A stretch of DNA of 59,987 nt, the filler included. It is 4 parts of 4 records of this genome, joined end to end, with 100 filler letters (N's around TTAATTAATTAA, not from the genome) between each part and the next. Parts side by side here need not be neighbours in the genome. Positions count along the whole stretch, not along the records: positions 14,963 to 36,478 come from DRR378314_170; 3 more parts are not named here. One strand, given 5' to 3'. The notes beneath the pieces were generated by a model. The model saw only the letters and a list, made by a program, of their open reading frames with translations. It was not told where the DNA came from and ran no database searches. Position 1 is the first letter of the stretch. Every line of letters starts with the position of its first letter. Shown one piece after another: positions 19,439 through 28,530 of the stretch. A program made the position numbers and the translations under genes.

Positions 19439-20820
19439 GGGGTGCCCTCCGGCGCTTGATTGATTGGCAGTACTCTGCCACGACGGCGCAGGTCCAGCAC
19501 CACCAGAAGCGTCAGCAGCAACAGCGCCGCCTCCCCCATCGGTGCGGCCAGCCAGATGCCCAATTCCCCCCAGTGTGCCGCCAGAACAAACGTCAGCGGG
19601 ATCGAGAAGAGATAGGGTTTCGCCAGTCCCAACAGCGCCGCACGCGCCGCGTCCCCGATGGCCTGGAAATGCATCGCCACCATCATCAATGGCCCCGCGA
19701 GGGTGAACAAGCCGCCAAGAATGGGCAGGATGCGCGCAACCTGCGCGATGACGCCGGGATCAGTGACAAACCAGCCCGCGATATGCGCCGCCCCGAGGCT
19801 GAGCGTGGCCTGCATGGTGGCGCAATAGAGCAGCGCCATCATGCAGGCGAGCCTGAGGCTCTGTCGCACCCGCCCGTGCGCGCCTGCGCCATAAAGATTG
19901 CCCGTGATGCTTTGCATCGCATAGGACAGCCCCAAAAGCGGCAGGAAGCTGAAGGTCAGCAGCCGGGTAATCACCCCGTAGGCGGTGACGATCTGGGCGT
20001 AGTCCGGCGTCTCAACCCATTGCAGTGCCGCCATGATCGCCGCCGCCCCCAGCGCGATGCCGATGAAATTGAGGCTTTGTGGCGCGCCAAGCGCCAGCAT
20101 CCGCCCCCAGCCTGCCAGAAGGCTCTGCTGTCGCAACACGGCGGGGGTCAATACGGTCTTGCCGCGCAGGCGAAACACCAGGATCAAGGCGAGCGCCAAG
20201 GCCTGCGCCAGAGCGGTGCCCAGCGCCGAGCCCGCAACGCCCAGCCCGGCCTCGGCAATCAGCAGGTAGTTGAAGGCGATGTTGGAGAGCGAGACCACAA
20301 GGCTCATCAGCGCCATCAGCCCCGCGCGCCCCTCGTTGCGCAGCGCGTCGGAATTGACCGACAGCACAAACAACAGCGGCGTGCAGCCCACGGTGATGCG
20401 CAGGTAGGTGTGGCCCATGGCGGCCAGCGCCGCATCGCCCCCGGCTGCGGCCTGCGTCACCGCATTGCCGCAGAGCACAAAGGCCAGCATCAGCGCGACC
20501 GAGACCGCCAGCGCCAGACCGTGCGCGCCGGCATAATCCGCCTGCGCCGCCGCGGTCTCATCCGCGCCGAGGTGCCGGGCAAGGCGGCTGGACATGCCGC
20601 TGGCCACCAGCGTCGCCAGCGCCACGACCAGCATGTAGGCGGGAAACATCAGGGTCACGGCGGCCAGCGCCTCCGGCCCGACGAAATGCCCGAGAAACAA
20701 GGCATCTGCCACGGTCAGGCAGCCGTTCATCCCCATCACAAAAATGATGGGCAGAGCGGTCTTGACATAGATCGGACCCAATCGTCCGGTCAGAAAATGG
20801 TTGGTGGGGGAAGACGTCAT
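19435..20820 (-). CDS. MATE family efflux transporter
   Basis: DALFLGHFVG, ALAAVTLMFP, LRNEG, NIAFNYLLI; about 12 TM. Confidence 0.92.
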   Translation of the reverse strand: MTSSPTNHFLTGRLGPIYVKTALPIIFVMGMNGCLTVADALFLGHFVGPEALAAVTLMFPAYMLVVALATLVASGMSSRLARHLGADETAAAQADYAGAHGLALAVSVALMLAFVLCGNAVTQAAAGGDAALAAMGHTYLRITVGCTPLLFVLSVNSDALRNEGRAGLMALMSLVVSLSNIAFNYLLIAEAGLGVAGSALGTALAQALALALILVFRLRGKTVLTPAVLRQQSLLAGWGRMLALGAPQSLNFIGIALGAAAIMAALQWVETPDYAQIVTAYGVITRLLTFSFLPLLGLSYAMQSITGNLYGAGAHGRVRQSLRLACMMALLYCATMQATLSLGAAHIAGWFVTDPGVIAQVARILPILGGLFTLAGPLMMVAMHFQAIGDAARAALLGLAKPYLFSIPLTFVLAAHWGELGIWLAAPMGEAALLLLTLLVVLDLRRRGRVLPINQAPEGTP

Positions 20821-20904
20821 ATCCCCGATCTCCTCTTGCAGGTGTCGCGCAAGAACAGGATGGGACCCGCATTACCACCCGCGCGAAATGCGTGGAGGAT
20901 GATC

Positions 20905-20972
20905 GATAGACAGAGATGTCTGCAGAACTTCACCAAGGCCAAAGGCCAGCGGGCGGCGGGGGCCTGCGCCCC
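20905..20972 (-). ncRNA. Structured 5' leader, candidate sul1-type alphaproteobacterial cis-regulatory RNA
   Basis: CCCCGCCGCCCGCUGGCCUUUGGCCUUGGUGAAGUUCUG with short hairpins, lying between a promoter and the MATE-glyoxalase operon; family assignment from recall only. Confidence 0.45.
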
Positions 20973-20980
20973 TGATGCCT

Positions 20981-21009
20981 CGCTTAGGCTGTGTCCGGGC
21001 GTGCGTCAA
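20981..21009 (-). promoter_or_regulatory. Candidate sigma70 promoter for the MATE operon
   Basis: Minus strand TTGACG-N17-TAAGCG. Confidence 0.5.
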
Positions 21010-21180
21010 GTCCCGATGATCGCACCAAAGGTCGCGTTCCCTCCTCATGGGTTTTGGTTTAACACATGCATGACCGGTGGCCGCCGCGTTCAGTCCGGGC
21101 TGATTTCGGGCGTTGGACGTATAGTGAACCGTATGAATTTATGTCTGTTTTCAGCAGGTCAGAGAAAGTTCGTATTAGAG

Positions 21181-22128
21181 ATGCTGTCAAATACACTCCG
21201 GATACTGGCACCCGCCATTGCGCTGGCCGCGGGCATATTGGGCCTTGCCGCCATTACCGTGGTCATGATCGACCCTGTCGGTTTTACGTATCTTTTGGGG
21301 TTTCCCGCCCTGGCGGGCTTCATCATCATGTGGTTCCGCCCCAAGAATTCGCTCAAGACGTTTGGCAAGTCGATCGCATGGCTGTTGTTCGTCATGCTCC
21401 TGTCCCTGCTCGGCTCTTTGGTGAGCGGTCTCGAGGGGCTGATCTGCATCACAATGGCCCTGATCCCGATCCTGTTTGGCACGTTGCTCGGGGGCGTTTT
21501 ATATCTCAGCTATGACCGCTGGAAAACACTCTCAAAGAGCACCCTGAGCGCCGCAAGCCTGCCGGTTTTGGCCATCGTTCTGCTGGATATGCTGCCAACG
21601 GGTCCAACTGTATACGAGATCTCGGACTCGATCCTGATCGACGCGCCGCCTGCGGTGGTGTTTCAGATGCTCAAATCCATTCCGGATATTTCGCCAGACG
21701 AGATCCCCACGCGCAGCTCACATCTGCTTGGGGTGCCCAAACCCACGGCGGCGGTTTGGGAGGAGAGATCAGACGGTGCCGTGCGGCATTCCCACTGGGG
21801 AGACGATATTCATTTTCTGGAGCGGATCACCGCATATGAACCTGATCGGCGCATTGCATGGGATTTTGAGTTTCCAGACGGCTGGGCCCCCGAGGATATC
21901 GAAGACCCGCATGTAAAGGTGGGCGGCCAGCATTTTGATGTCCTGCGCGGCGCATATGTCCTCGAAGACCACGGCGGCAAAACGCGACTTTCCTTGACCA
22001 CCTGGACCTATGATGGATCAGGCATGGGGGCTTACGCCGAATTCTGGCACAATTTCTTCTTTGACGATTTCCATGACGTGATCCTGGAGCTGGTCAAGGC
22101 GCGCACGGAACGCAGCTTGGCCGGATAA
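21181..22128 (+). CDS. Membrane protein with C-terminal SRPBCC-like domain
   Basis: About 5 N-terminal TMs (EGLICI), then SILIDAPPAVVF, LGVPKP, ERITAYEPDRRIAW, GGKTRLSLTT. Confidence 0.75.
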   Translation: MLSNTLRILAPAIALAAGILGLAAITVVMIDPVGFTYLLGFPALAGFIIMWFRPKNSLKTFGKSIAWLLFVMLLSLLGSLVSGLEGLICITMALIPILFGTLLGGVLYLSYDRWKTLSKSTLSAASLPVLAIVLLDMLPTGPTVYEISDSILIDAPPAVVFQMLKSIPDISPDEIPTRSSHLLGVPKPTAAVWEERSDGAVRHSHWGDDIHFLERITAYEPDRRIAWDFEFPDGWAPEDIEDPHVKVGGQHFDVLRGAYVLEDHGGKTRLSLTTWTYDGSGMGAYAEFWHNFFFDDFHDVILELVKARTERSLAG

Positions 22129-22159
22129 CCCGACAGGTCTGCCAGCAACGACCAGCCCC

Positions 22160-22651
22160 TCAGCCCGCGTCGCGTTCTACCATCATCGCGGCGAGGATTT
22201 CGGTCATGGTTTTGGTCTGCGAGCCCGGTGTTACACCGCCGATACCAATGCGCCGTCCCATGCGCCACCAGAGGCCGGGATACCAGCAGCGCTCGCCAGT
22301 GATCTTGCTGCGCATCAGAAACCCGTTGGAAGGTTTGAACGCGAAGAAACCGCGATCCAGCACATCGAGATCCTTGATCCGGATGATCTCGGTCCCGTCA
22401 GAGCAGCGCAGCCCTTCGGCGGTCAGCTCAATCCGGTGGGCGGTGGCCTGCCACATGCGATAGCCCATCCACAGCGACCCGCCGGAAACCACCAGCAGGA
22501 ACGCCTGCCAAGCCAGACCCGGCGTGCTCGACATGGCGACATAGAGGGTCATCAACCCCAATCCGACCAGCAGCGAAACACCGATCACGCGGCGCGACGG
22601 TGACGCCTCCACCGTGGCAAAAATCTCGTCAGAGCCGTGCAGGCTGGTCAT
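22160..22651 (-). CDS. Hypothetical membrane protein
   Basis: Two TMs then RGFFAFKPSNGF...PGLWWRMGRRIGIGGVT; GGGAG RBS. Confidence 0.7.
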   Translation of the reverse strand: MTSLHGSDEIFATVEASPSRRVIGVSLLVGLGLMTLYVAMSSTPGLAWQAFLLVVSGGSLWMGYRMWQATAHRIELTAEGLRCSDGTEIIRIKDLDVLDRGFFAFKPSNGFLMRSKITGERCWYPGLWWRMGRRIGIGGVTPGSQTKTMTEILAAMMVERDAG

Positions 22652-22821
22652 GGATTGCTCTCCCTCAGGTCAATGACGGAGGGTTAGCGAAAAACGGCCG
22701 GATCTAACAGCCCTTTTGCGCCTGTACGGGCGATACGCGTTCAGCGGCCTGATCATAGTATGGAGGGCAGCCGCCCGCATCGGTTCGCCCGCGCAGATCC
22801 GGCCTCCCTCCGGGCCGCGCC

Positions 22822-23472
22822 TTAGTCCAGACCGTTGATATGGGTGCAGGCCCAGAACACGCGCGCCTCCTCGGGCCCGGTGCTGCGCACACCGTGCCGC
22901 ATGGTGCTGTCGTAATAGGCGCAGTCACCGGCGGTGAGAATGACCGGCTCGTAATGCTCCACCAGCAGTTCGACCTCGCCCGAGAGCACAAACAACAGCT
23001 CCTCGCCGTCATGGCGGTCCAGATGCGCGGGCGATGTGTCTCCGGCGGCGCTGATGGTGCCGATCAGCGGAATGATCTTCTTGCCCGTCAGCCCGTTGCA
23101 GAGCACCTCGTAGTCGTAGACCTTGCCTTCGACAGACCGGCCCTGCCCCGCGCGGGTGACGGTCAGTCGGGTGGTGCTGACCTCATCCTCTGGCTCTGCG
23201 ATCAGCTTCTCCAAGCCGACGCCGTAGCCCCGCGCGAGTCGCAAGAGATTCTCGAAACTGGGGGACACTTTGCCGTTTTCGATCTTGTAAATGGTCGAAA
23301 CCGCAAGGCTGGTGCGTTCGGAGGCCTGTTCCAACGTCATCCCTGCCGAGCTGCGTAAGCCTTTGACACGCCTGCCGAGTTCGCTGCGGATGCGCTCTTT
23401 TTCACTGTCGTCGAGCAAGGGAGCCAATGCAGTTGCAAGAGAAGATGAGTCTTTTTTTGTTGTTTGAGACAT
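22822..23472 (-). CDS. XRE-family HTH + cupin transcriptional regulator
   Basis: MTLEQASERTSLAVSTIYKIENGKVSPS; cupin HDGEELLFVLSG...YYDSTMRH. Confidence 0.92.
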   Translation of the reverse strand: MSQTTKKDSSSLATALAPLLDDSEKERIRSELGRRVKGLRSSAGMTLEQASERTSLAVSTIYKIENGKVSPSFENLLRLARGYGVGLEKLIAEPEDEVSTTRLTVTRAGQGRSVEGKVYDYEVLCNGLTGKKIIPLIGTISAAGDTSPAHLDRHDGEELLFVLSGEVELLVEHYEPVILTAGDCAYYDSTMRHGVRSTGPEEARVFWACTHINGLD

Positions 23473-23535
23473 GATTTTTCTTATTTTACCAAAAACTGCC
23501 TATATGCACCGGCTCTGAGCGATTTGGATGAAAGT

Positions 23536-24816
23536 ATGCATGACCAACAGGACAGTGGCCAGCGAATTGCCGTGATTGGCGCGGGCGTTGTGGGGCTGAC
23601 CACCGCCTACCACCTTGCCATGCGAGGCCATCAGGTGACTGTCATAGATCAGGCGGAGGCACCGGCGTCCGGTTGCAGCTATGCCAATGCCGGGATCATC
23701 GCTGTCGGCCATGCGGAAAGCTGGGCCGGGCCCGCGGCCCCGCGCCAGATGCTTGGTGCGGTTCTGGGGCGCGCGCCCAGTGTGAAAATCAGCAAGCTGC
23801 TGGACCCGGACCTCTGGCGCTGGGGGCTGGCCTTCCTGCGCCATTGCACCGCCCGCGCCCATGCGACCAATTCCGATGCCATGGCACGGCTGTCTCGCCA
23901 CGGGCGTCGGATGCTGCAAGATCTCGAACAGGCCACGGGCCTGGACTTCGATCAGGATCATGACGGGGCGTATTATCTGTACGGGGATCGCGCGGCCTAT
24001 CATGCGCGGGTCGAGAGCCTGTCGGACAGGGATCAGGGGTTTGTGCCGCTGAGCGCGTCAGAGCTGATCCAGCGCGACCCTGCCCTGCGCGCCTTTGAGG
24101 GCACATTGCAGGGCGGGCTGGTGTCATCCGTCGACAGCAAGGGCGACTGCCATCGTTTCACCCAGGCCCTGGCGGAATGGTTGCAGCAGAACACCACCGT
24201 AACCTTTTGCTACGGCACATCCGTGACCGGGTATCGGCGCGCAGAGGGGCGGGTGCAGGCGCTCCAGACCCCATCCGGCGAGATTGCCTGCGATCAGCTG
24301 GTGGTCGCGGCCGGGACCGGCACCCCGGCGCTGACCGCATCACTTGGCGTGCGGCCGCTGATCTACCCGGTGAAGGGCTACTCCGCCACCTATACGATCC
24401 TTGACGACAGCCGCATCCCGCAGCGCCCCTTTGTGGACGAAACCAACCTCGTGGCGGTGACCCGGCTTGGGGATCGGCTGCGGGTGACGGGGATTGCCGA
24501 GTTTGCGGGCCATGACAGCAGCCCACGGGCCGACCGCGCAGCACATCTGGACGGTTACGTGGCCCGGCATTTCACCGGCGCCGTTGACATTGACGGGGCC
24601 CGCCACTGGGCCGGGCTGCGCCCCAGCACACCAAGCGGGCGTCCCTATATCGGCCAGTTGCGCAACACGCCAAATGTCTGGCTCAACGCCGGGCACGGGC
24701 AGCTTGGCTGGACCATGGCGGCGGGGGCCGCGCAGGTGCTGTGTGACCTTGTCGATGGCGTGCGCCCTGCCCCATCCTACGTTTCCGAGACAGCCAGCTG
24801 GCTCAAGAGCGCCTAA
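23536..24816 (+). CDS. D-amino acid dehydrogenase (DadA-like FAD oxidoreductase)
   Basis: GAGVVG, SYANAG, IYPVKGYS, WAGLRP, NAGHGQLGWT. Confidence 0.9.
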   Translation: MHDQQDSGQRIAVIGAGVVGLTTAYHLAMRGHQVTVIDQAEAPASGCSYANAGIIAVGHAESWAGPAAPRQMLGAVLGRAPSVKISKLLDPDLWRWGLAFLRHCTARAHATNSDAMARLSRHGRRMLQDLEQATGLDFDQDHDGAYYLYGDRAAYHARVESLSDRDQGFVPLSASELIQRDPALRAFEGTLQGGLVSSVDSKGDCHRFTQALAEWLQQNTTVTFCYGTSVTGYRRAEGRVQALQTPSGEIACDQLVVAAGTGTPALTASLGVRPLIYPVKGYSATYTILDDSRIPQRPFVDETNLVAVTRLGDRLRVTGIAEFAGHDSSPRADRAAHLDGYVARHFTGAVDIDGARHWAGLRPSTPSGRPYIGQLRNTPNVWLNAGHGQLGWTMAAGAAQVLCDLVDGVRPAPSYVSETASWLKSA

Positions 24817-25203
24817 CCCGGCACGACGACTGAGGAAGATCTGATGAACATGTTCGGCCAGCACCAGCCCCGCAGCGCCCCGCACTCTGCTGCGTGCAGA
24901 GACACGCGGATAGCCACATTGGACACATCGGCCAGTGGGGTCCATGGTGACAGCACGGTGCCGCTGCACGCCGCTGCACTCTTGCGCGCGATGCCTTTAG
25001 GGCGCCGCGACGGCAGGCCATGGGCAGGGCCCGCATCATTGGGCGGCGTTCGCCCGGCCAACCGTGCGGGCCAAGCCTTTGAAGATGTTTCCGTGACCAC
25101 ACCGGCCTTGCCCCGGACAAACTGACGCCAAGAACGCGCAACCCCGCTCCGGTTTTGTTTTCGGATGACACCGGGTCGGACAACAACAGAGAGGACATAC
25201 TTA

Positions 25204-26661
25204 ATGCCATTACAAAAAACAGATATCCGCCCATCGATCGGGCTGGCGCTGGTGCCCATCGTTCTGACGCTGGGCATACTCGCGGTTCAGATCTTCTACT
25301 TCGGGGATTTCACGCCGCATATTCCGCTGGCGATCGGCATCGCGCTGACCGCGGTTGTCGGGCTCATCGAGGGTCTGACCTGGGACGAAATCGAAAAAGG
25401 CGCGTTCCACGTCATCGCGGTTTCCTTTCCGGCGGTGTCGGTGCTGATCCTTGTCGGCATGATCGTCGGCACCTGGATTGCGTCGGGTACGGTTCCAACC
25501 CTGATCTACTATGGCCTGTCGATCCTGTCGCCGCAGCTATTCCTGGCCGCCGGCATGATCCTATGTGCGATCGTGTCACTGGCGCTCGGGACCTCCTGGG
25601 GGACCGTCGGCACCGTTGGCCTGGCGCTGATGGGCATTGGCGAGGGATTTGACATCCCGGCCTACTGGACCGCCGCCGCCGTGGTCTCCGGCGCGTTCTT
25701 CGGCGACAAGGTCTCGCCGCTGTCGGACACGACCAACCTGGCCCCTGCGGTCACCGACACGCATTTGTTCGACCACATTCGCAACATGCTGCCCACCACG
25801 GTTCCGGCCATGCTGATCGCACTGTTGATCTACACGATCGTCGGCTTCAGCCTCGGTGAGGGCAAACCCTCCTTCGAGCGCATCGAAAGCTTCAAGGGCG
25901 CGCTGGACGGATCGTTTGACATCACCCCATGGTTGCTGCTTCCGGCGCTGCTGGTGGTGACGCTGGCGATGATGAAAATGCCGGCAATCCCGACCCTGTT
26001 CATCGGCGTGGTGGTGGCCTCGCTGATCGCGATCTTCGTACAGGGCGCATCGGTGCATGACATCTTTACCTACGCCAACTACGGCTACTCCGTCGAAACC
26101 GGGGTCGAGGCGATGGATGCGCTGATGAACCGGGGCGGCATCCAGTCGATGATGTGGACCATCTCGCTGATCCTGATCGCGCTTGGATTTGGTGGCGCAT
26201 TGGAGCGCACCGGCTGTCTGGCGGCGATCATCGAGGTCCTGACCAAACGGGTGAAGACCATCGCAGGCCTGCAGACCTCGGCGATCCTGTCGTCGATGGC
26301 AACCAACACCGTCGCGGGCGACCCCTATCTGTCGATCGCGCTGCCCGGCCGCATGTTCAAGCCGGTCTATGACCGTATGGGCTATTCGCGCCTGAACCTT
26401 GCACGCGCGACCGAAGAAGGCGGCACCATCATCTCGCCGCTGATCCCGTGGAACGCAGGCGGTGCATTCGTGATCTCGGCGCTGGCGCTGGGCATTTCCG
26501 AGGGCAACCTGGAGAACCTGCTCTATATTCCGCTGTCCTTCGCCTGCTGGCTGGCCCCGGTGTTTGGCATTTTCTACGCCTGGACCGGCCTGTTCACACC
26601 CAAGGCGGATCCCGCCGATCTGCCCGCCACTGGCGACGCCGCAGAGCGTCCGGCAGAGTAA
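25204..26661 (+). CDS. nhaC: NhaC-family antiporter / amino-acid transporter
   Basis: GTSWGTVGTVG, GAFFGDKVSPLSDTTNLA, PLIPWN; GAGAGGA RBS. Confidence 0.9.
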   Translation: MPLQKTDIRPSIGLALVPIVLTLGILAVQIFYFGDFTPHIPLAIGIALTAVVGLIEGLTWDEIEKGAFHVIAVSFPAVSVLILVGMIVGTWIASGTVPTLIYYGLSILSPQLFLAAGMILCAIVSLALGTSWGTVGTVGLALMGIGEGFDIPAYWTAAAVVSGAFFGDKVSPLSDTTNLAPAVTDTHLFDHIRNMLPTTVPAMLIALLIYTIVGFSLGEGKPSFERIESFKGALDGSFDITPWLLLPALLVVTLAMMKMPAIPTLFIGVVVASLIAIFVQGASVHDIFTYANYGYSVETGVEAMDALMNRGGIQSMMWTISLILIALGFGGALERTGCLAAIIEVLTKRVKTIAGLQTSAILSSMATNTVAGDPYLSIALPGRMFKPVYDRMGYSRLNLARATEEGGTIISPLIPWNAGGAFVISALALGISEGNLENLLYIPLSFACWLAPVFGIFYAWTGLFTPKADPADLPATGDAAERPAE

Positions 26662-26669
26662 TCATCATC

Positions 26670-26699
26670 GTCCGCCCCCGGTTCAGGCCGGGGGCGGAC
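26670..26699 (+). terminator. GC-rich hairpin after nhaC
   Basis: GTCCGCCCCCGG-TTCAGG-CCGGGGGCGGAC, no T-tract. Confidence 0.5.
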
Positions 26700-26875
26700 A
26701 CCCTGCTCTGATGCCGCAGGCTAAGGGCCGCAGACCGCGCAGCCATCAGCGCGCATACCCTGCCCACCCCGCTCCCATAGATTGAATTGGACGGCTGCCT
26801 CGACAGAGCACCTTGCCAGCGGGCGCTTTTCCTCCTTTGATGCGCGAACAGCCGGGAGTGGAGGGAGCGCAGGAT

Positions 26876-28231
26876 ATGAACGTGGCAGAGCGGCTGGAGG
26901 CAACCGAGCCTTTGACACGGGCGCAGATCCTTGTGGTCGACGACGAACCCGGCATGCGTAATTTCCTCGTCAAAACCCTGCGCCCCTTGTGCAACTGCGT
27001 CGATGAGGCGGCCACCGCTGAGGAAGCGGAGCGCTGTCTGGCACGACGGCAGTATGACGTGATGCTGCTCGACAACATCATGCCGGGGGCCAAGGGGCTC
27101 GACTGGCTTGCTGCGCGGCAACGTGGTGGCGGCTTCACCGAAACGATCATGATCACCGCCTATGCGGATTTCCAGACCGCTGTCGATGCGCTGCGCGCCG
27201 GGGCGTCGGATCTGGTGATCAAGCCCTTCCGGTCCAACCAGATCGTCAACTCGCTGCGGCGCAGCCTCGAAGTGGCGCAGCTGAAACGCGAGAATCAGGC
27301 GCTGCGCCGGGCGCTGGAGCAAACCGACCCCGGCAGCCGGCGCAGGCATCTGGTCGGACATTCCGCCCTGATGCGCGAGGTCCGTGATGTGCTGGACCGT
27401 GTTGCCCGGTTGAAGACCCCTGTCCTGATCACCGGAGCCTCCGGGACCGGCAAGGAAGTCGCCGCACGTCACCTGCATGAGCGCTCGGCACGGGCCATGG
27501 CACCCTTTGTGGCCATTCACTGCGGCGCGATCCCGGCGGAGATGATCGAGGTCGAACTGTTCGGGCACGCTGCCGGAGCGTTTCCCGGCGCGCAGGGTGC
27601 CCGAGAGGGGCTGCTGGCCTCGGCACAGGGCGGCACAGTGTTTCTGGACGACATGGCCGAGCTGAGTACCCACGCCCAGACCGCCTTGTTGCGGGTTCTC
27701 GAGGATGGGGTCATCCGCCCGGTCGGGTCGGAACGGGACGTGCAGCTGGATCTGCGCTTCGTCATATCCTCGGGACGGCCCCTGCAACAGGCAGTGGCCG
27801 AAGGGCGGTTCCGCCGCGACCTGCTGTATCGGATCAATGTGGTCGAGCTGGACATCCCGCCACTGAAGGCCCGTGGCACCGACGTGATCGAGCTGGCCGA
27901 GCTATTCCTGTCCGAGATCGCCGGTACCATGGGGGTGGCACCGCTGGAGATCACACCTGCCGTGCGCTCCACCCTGCTGCGCCACGACTGGCCCGGCAAT
28001 ATTCGCGAGCTGCGCAATTTCGTGGAGCGCGCCCTGATCTTCGGCCGCTTTCCCGCTGCTGTCGGCGAAGATGAGAGCGATGCCGCAGAGATTGCCCCGC
28101 TGGAGGATGTGGAACGGCGCGAAATCCTGCGAGCGCTGGATCTGGTTGGCGGGAACCGATCCGAAGCCGCCCGACGGCTGGGTGTTTCGCGCAAGACCAT
28201 TGATCGGAAATGTGCGGCCTGGGGGCTGTAA
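26876..28231 (+). CDS. NtrC-family response regulator (REC-AAA+-Fis HTH) with degenerate sigma54-activation motifs
   Basis: VVDDE/LLD/KPF receiver, GASGTGKE, GAFPGA, FLDDM, WPGNIREL, GNRSEAARRLGVSRKT. Confidence 0.92.
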   Translation: MNVAERLEATEPLTRAQILVVDDEPGMRNFLVKTLRPLCNCVDEAATAEEAERCLARRQYDVMLLDNIMPGAKGLDWLAARQRGGGFTETIMITAYADFQTAVDALRAGASDLVIKPFRSNQIVNSLRRSLEVAQLKRENQALRRALEQTDPGSRRRHLVGHSALMREVRDVLDRVARLKTPVLITGASGTGKEVAARHLHERSARAMAPFVAIHCGAIPAEMIEVELFGHAAGAFPGAQGAREGLLASAQGGTVFLDDMAELSTHAQTALLRVLEDGVIRPVGSERDVQLDLRFVISSGRPLQQAVAEGRFRRDLLYRINVVELDIPPLKARGTDVIELAELFLSEIAGTMGVAPLEITPAVRSTLLRHDWPGNIRELRNFVERALIFGRFPAAVGEDESDAAEIAPLEDVERREILRALDLVGGNRSEAARRLGVSRKTIDRKCAAWGL

Positions 28232-28286
28232 CGCCGCTCCTGCCCGTCCTGGCGTGTTTGCCCGTCAGATCGCAAAAATACGCAAA

Positions 28287-28319
28287 TCGGACAGAATAGG
28301 CCGCATTTTGCATGTCCGA
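28287..28319. promoter_or_regulatory. Inverted repeat, candidate operator upstream of the MFS gene
   Basis: TCGGACA-N19-TGTCCGA in an AT-richer spacer. Confidence 0.3.
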
Positions 28320-28530
28320 ATGCGGATGGCGGACGAATTGTCGCAATTGCCGGCTTCACGATAAGGCGATTCAGACAAAAAGCCAAATAAGATGCTGTTA
28401 TTGCTACATAAATTATTTGACATCGCAAGCAGCCACCTGCCTTTTTTGCATCAGGCATGCCGACGCGTGCCTGTGGGCAGCGGTCGAGAGGAGACGACCG
28501 CGCCCGTTAAGAACAAGGGAGGAAATCACC

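Noticed and set aside
19279..22128. 949-aa ORF as a giant fusion protein
   Set aside because: The 5' two-thirds is the antisense shadow of the MATE gene; only 21181-22128 looks protein-like
24817..25203. Lysine riboswitch or small ORF upstream of nhaC
   Set aside because: No L-box consensus seen; the 93-aa ORF has no recognisable features
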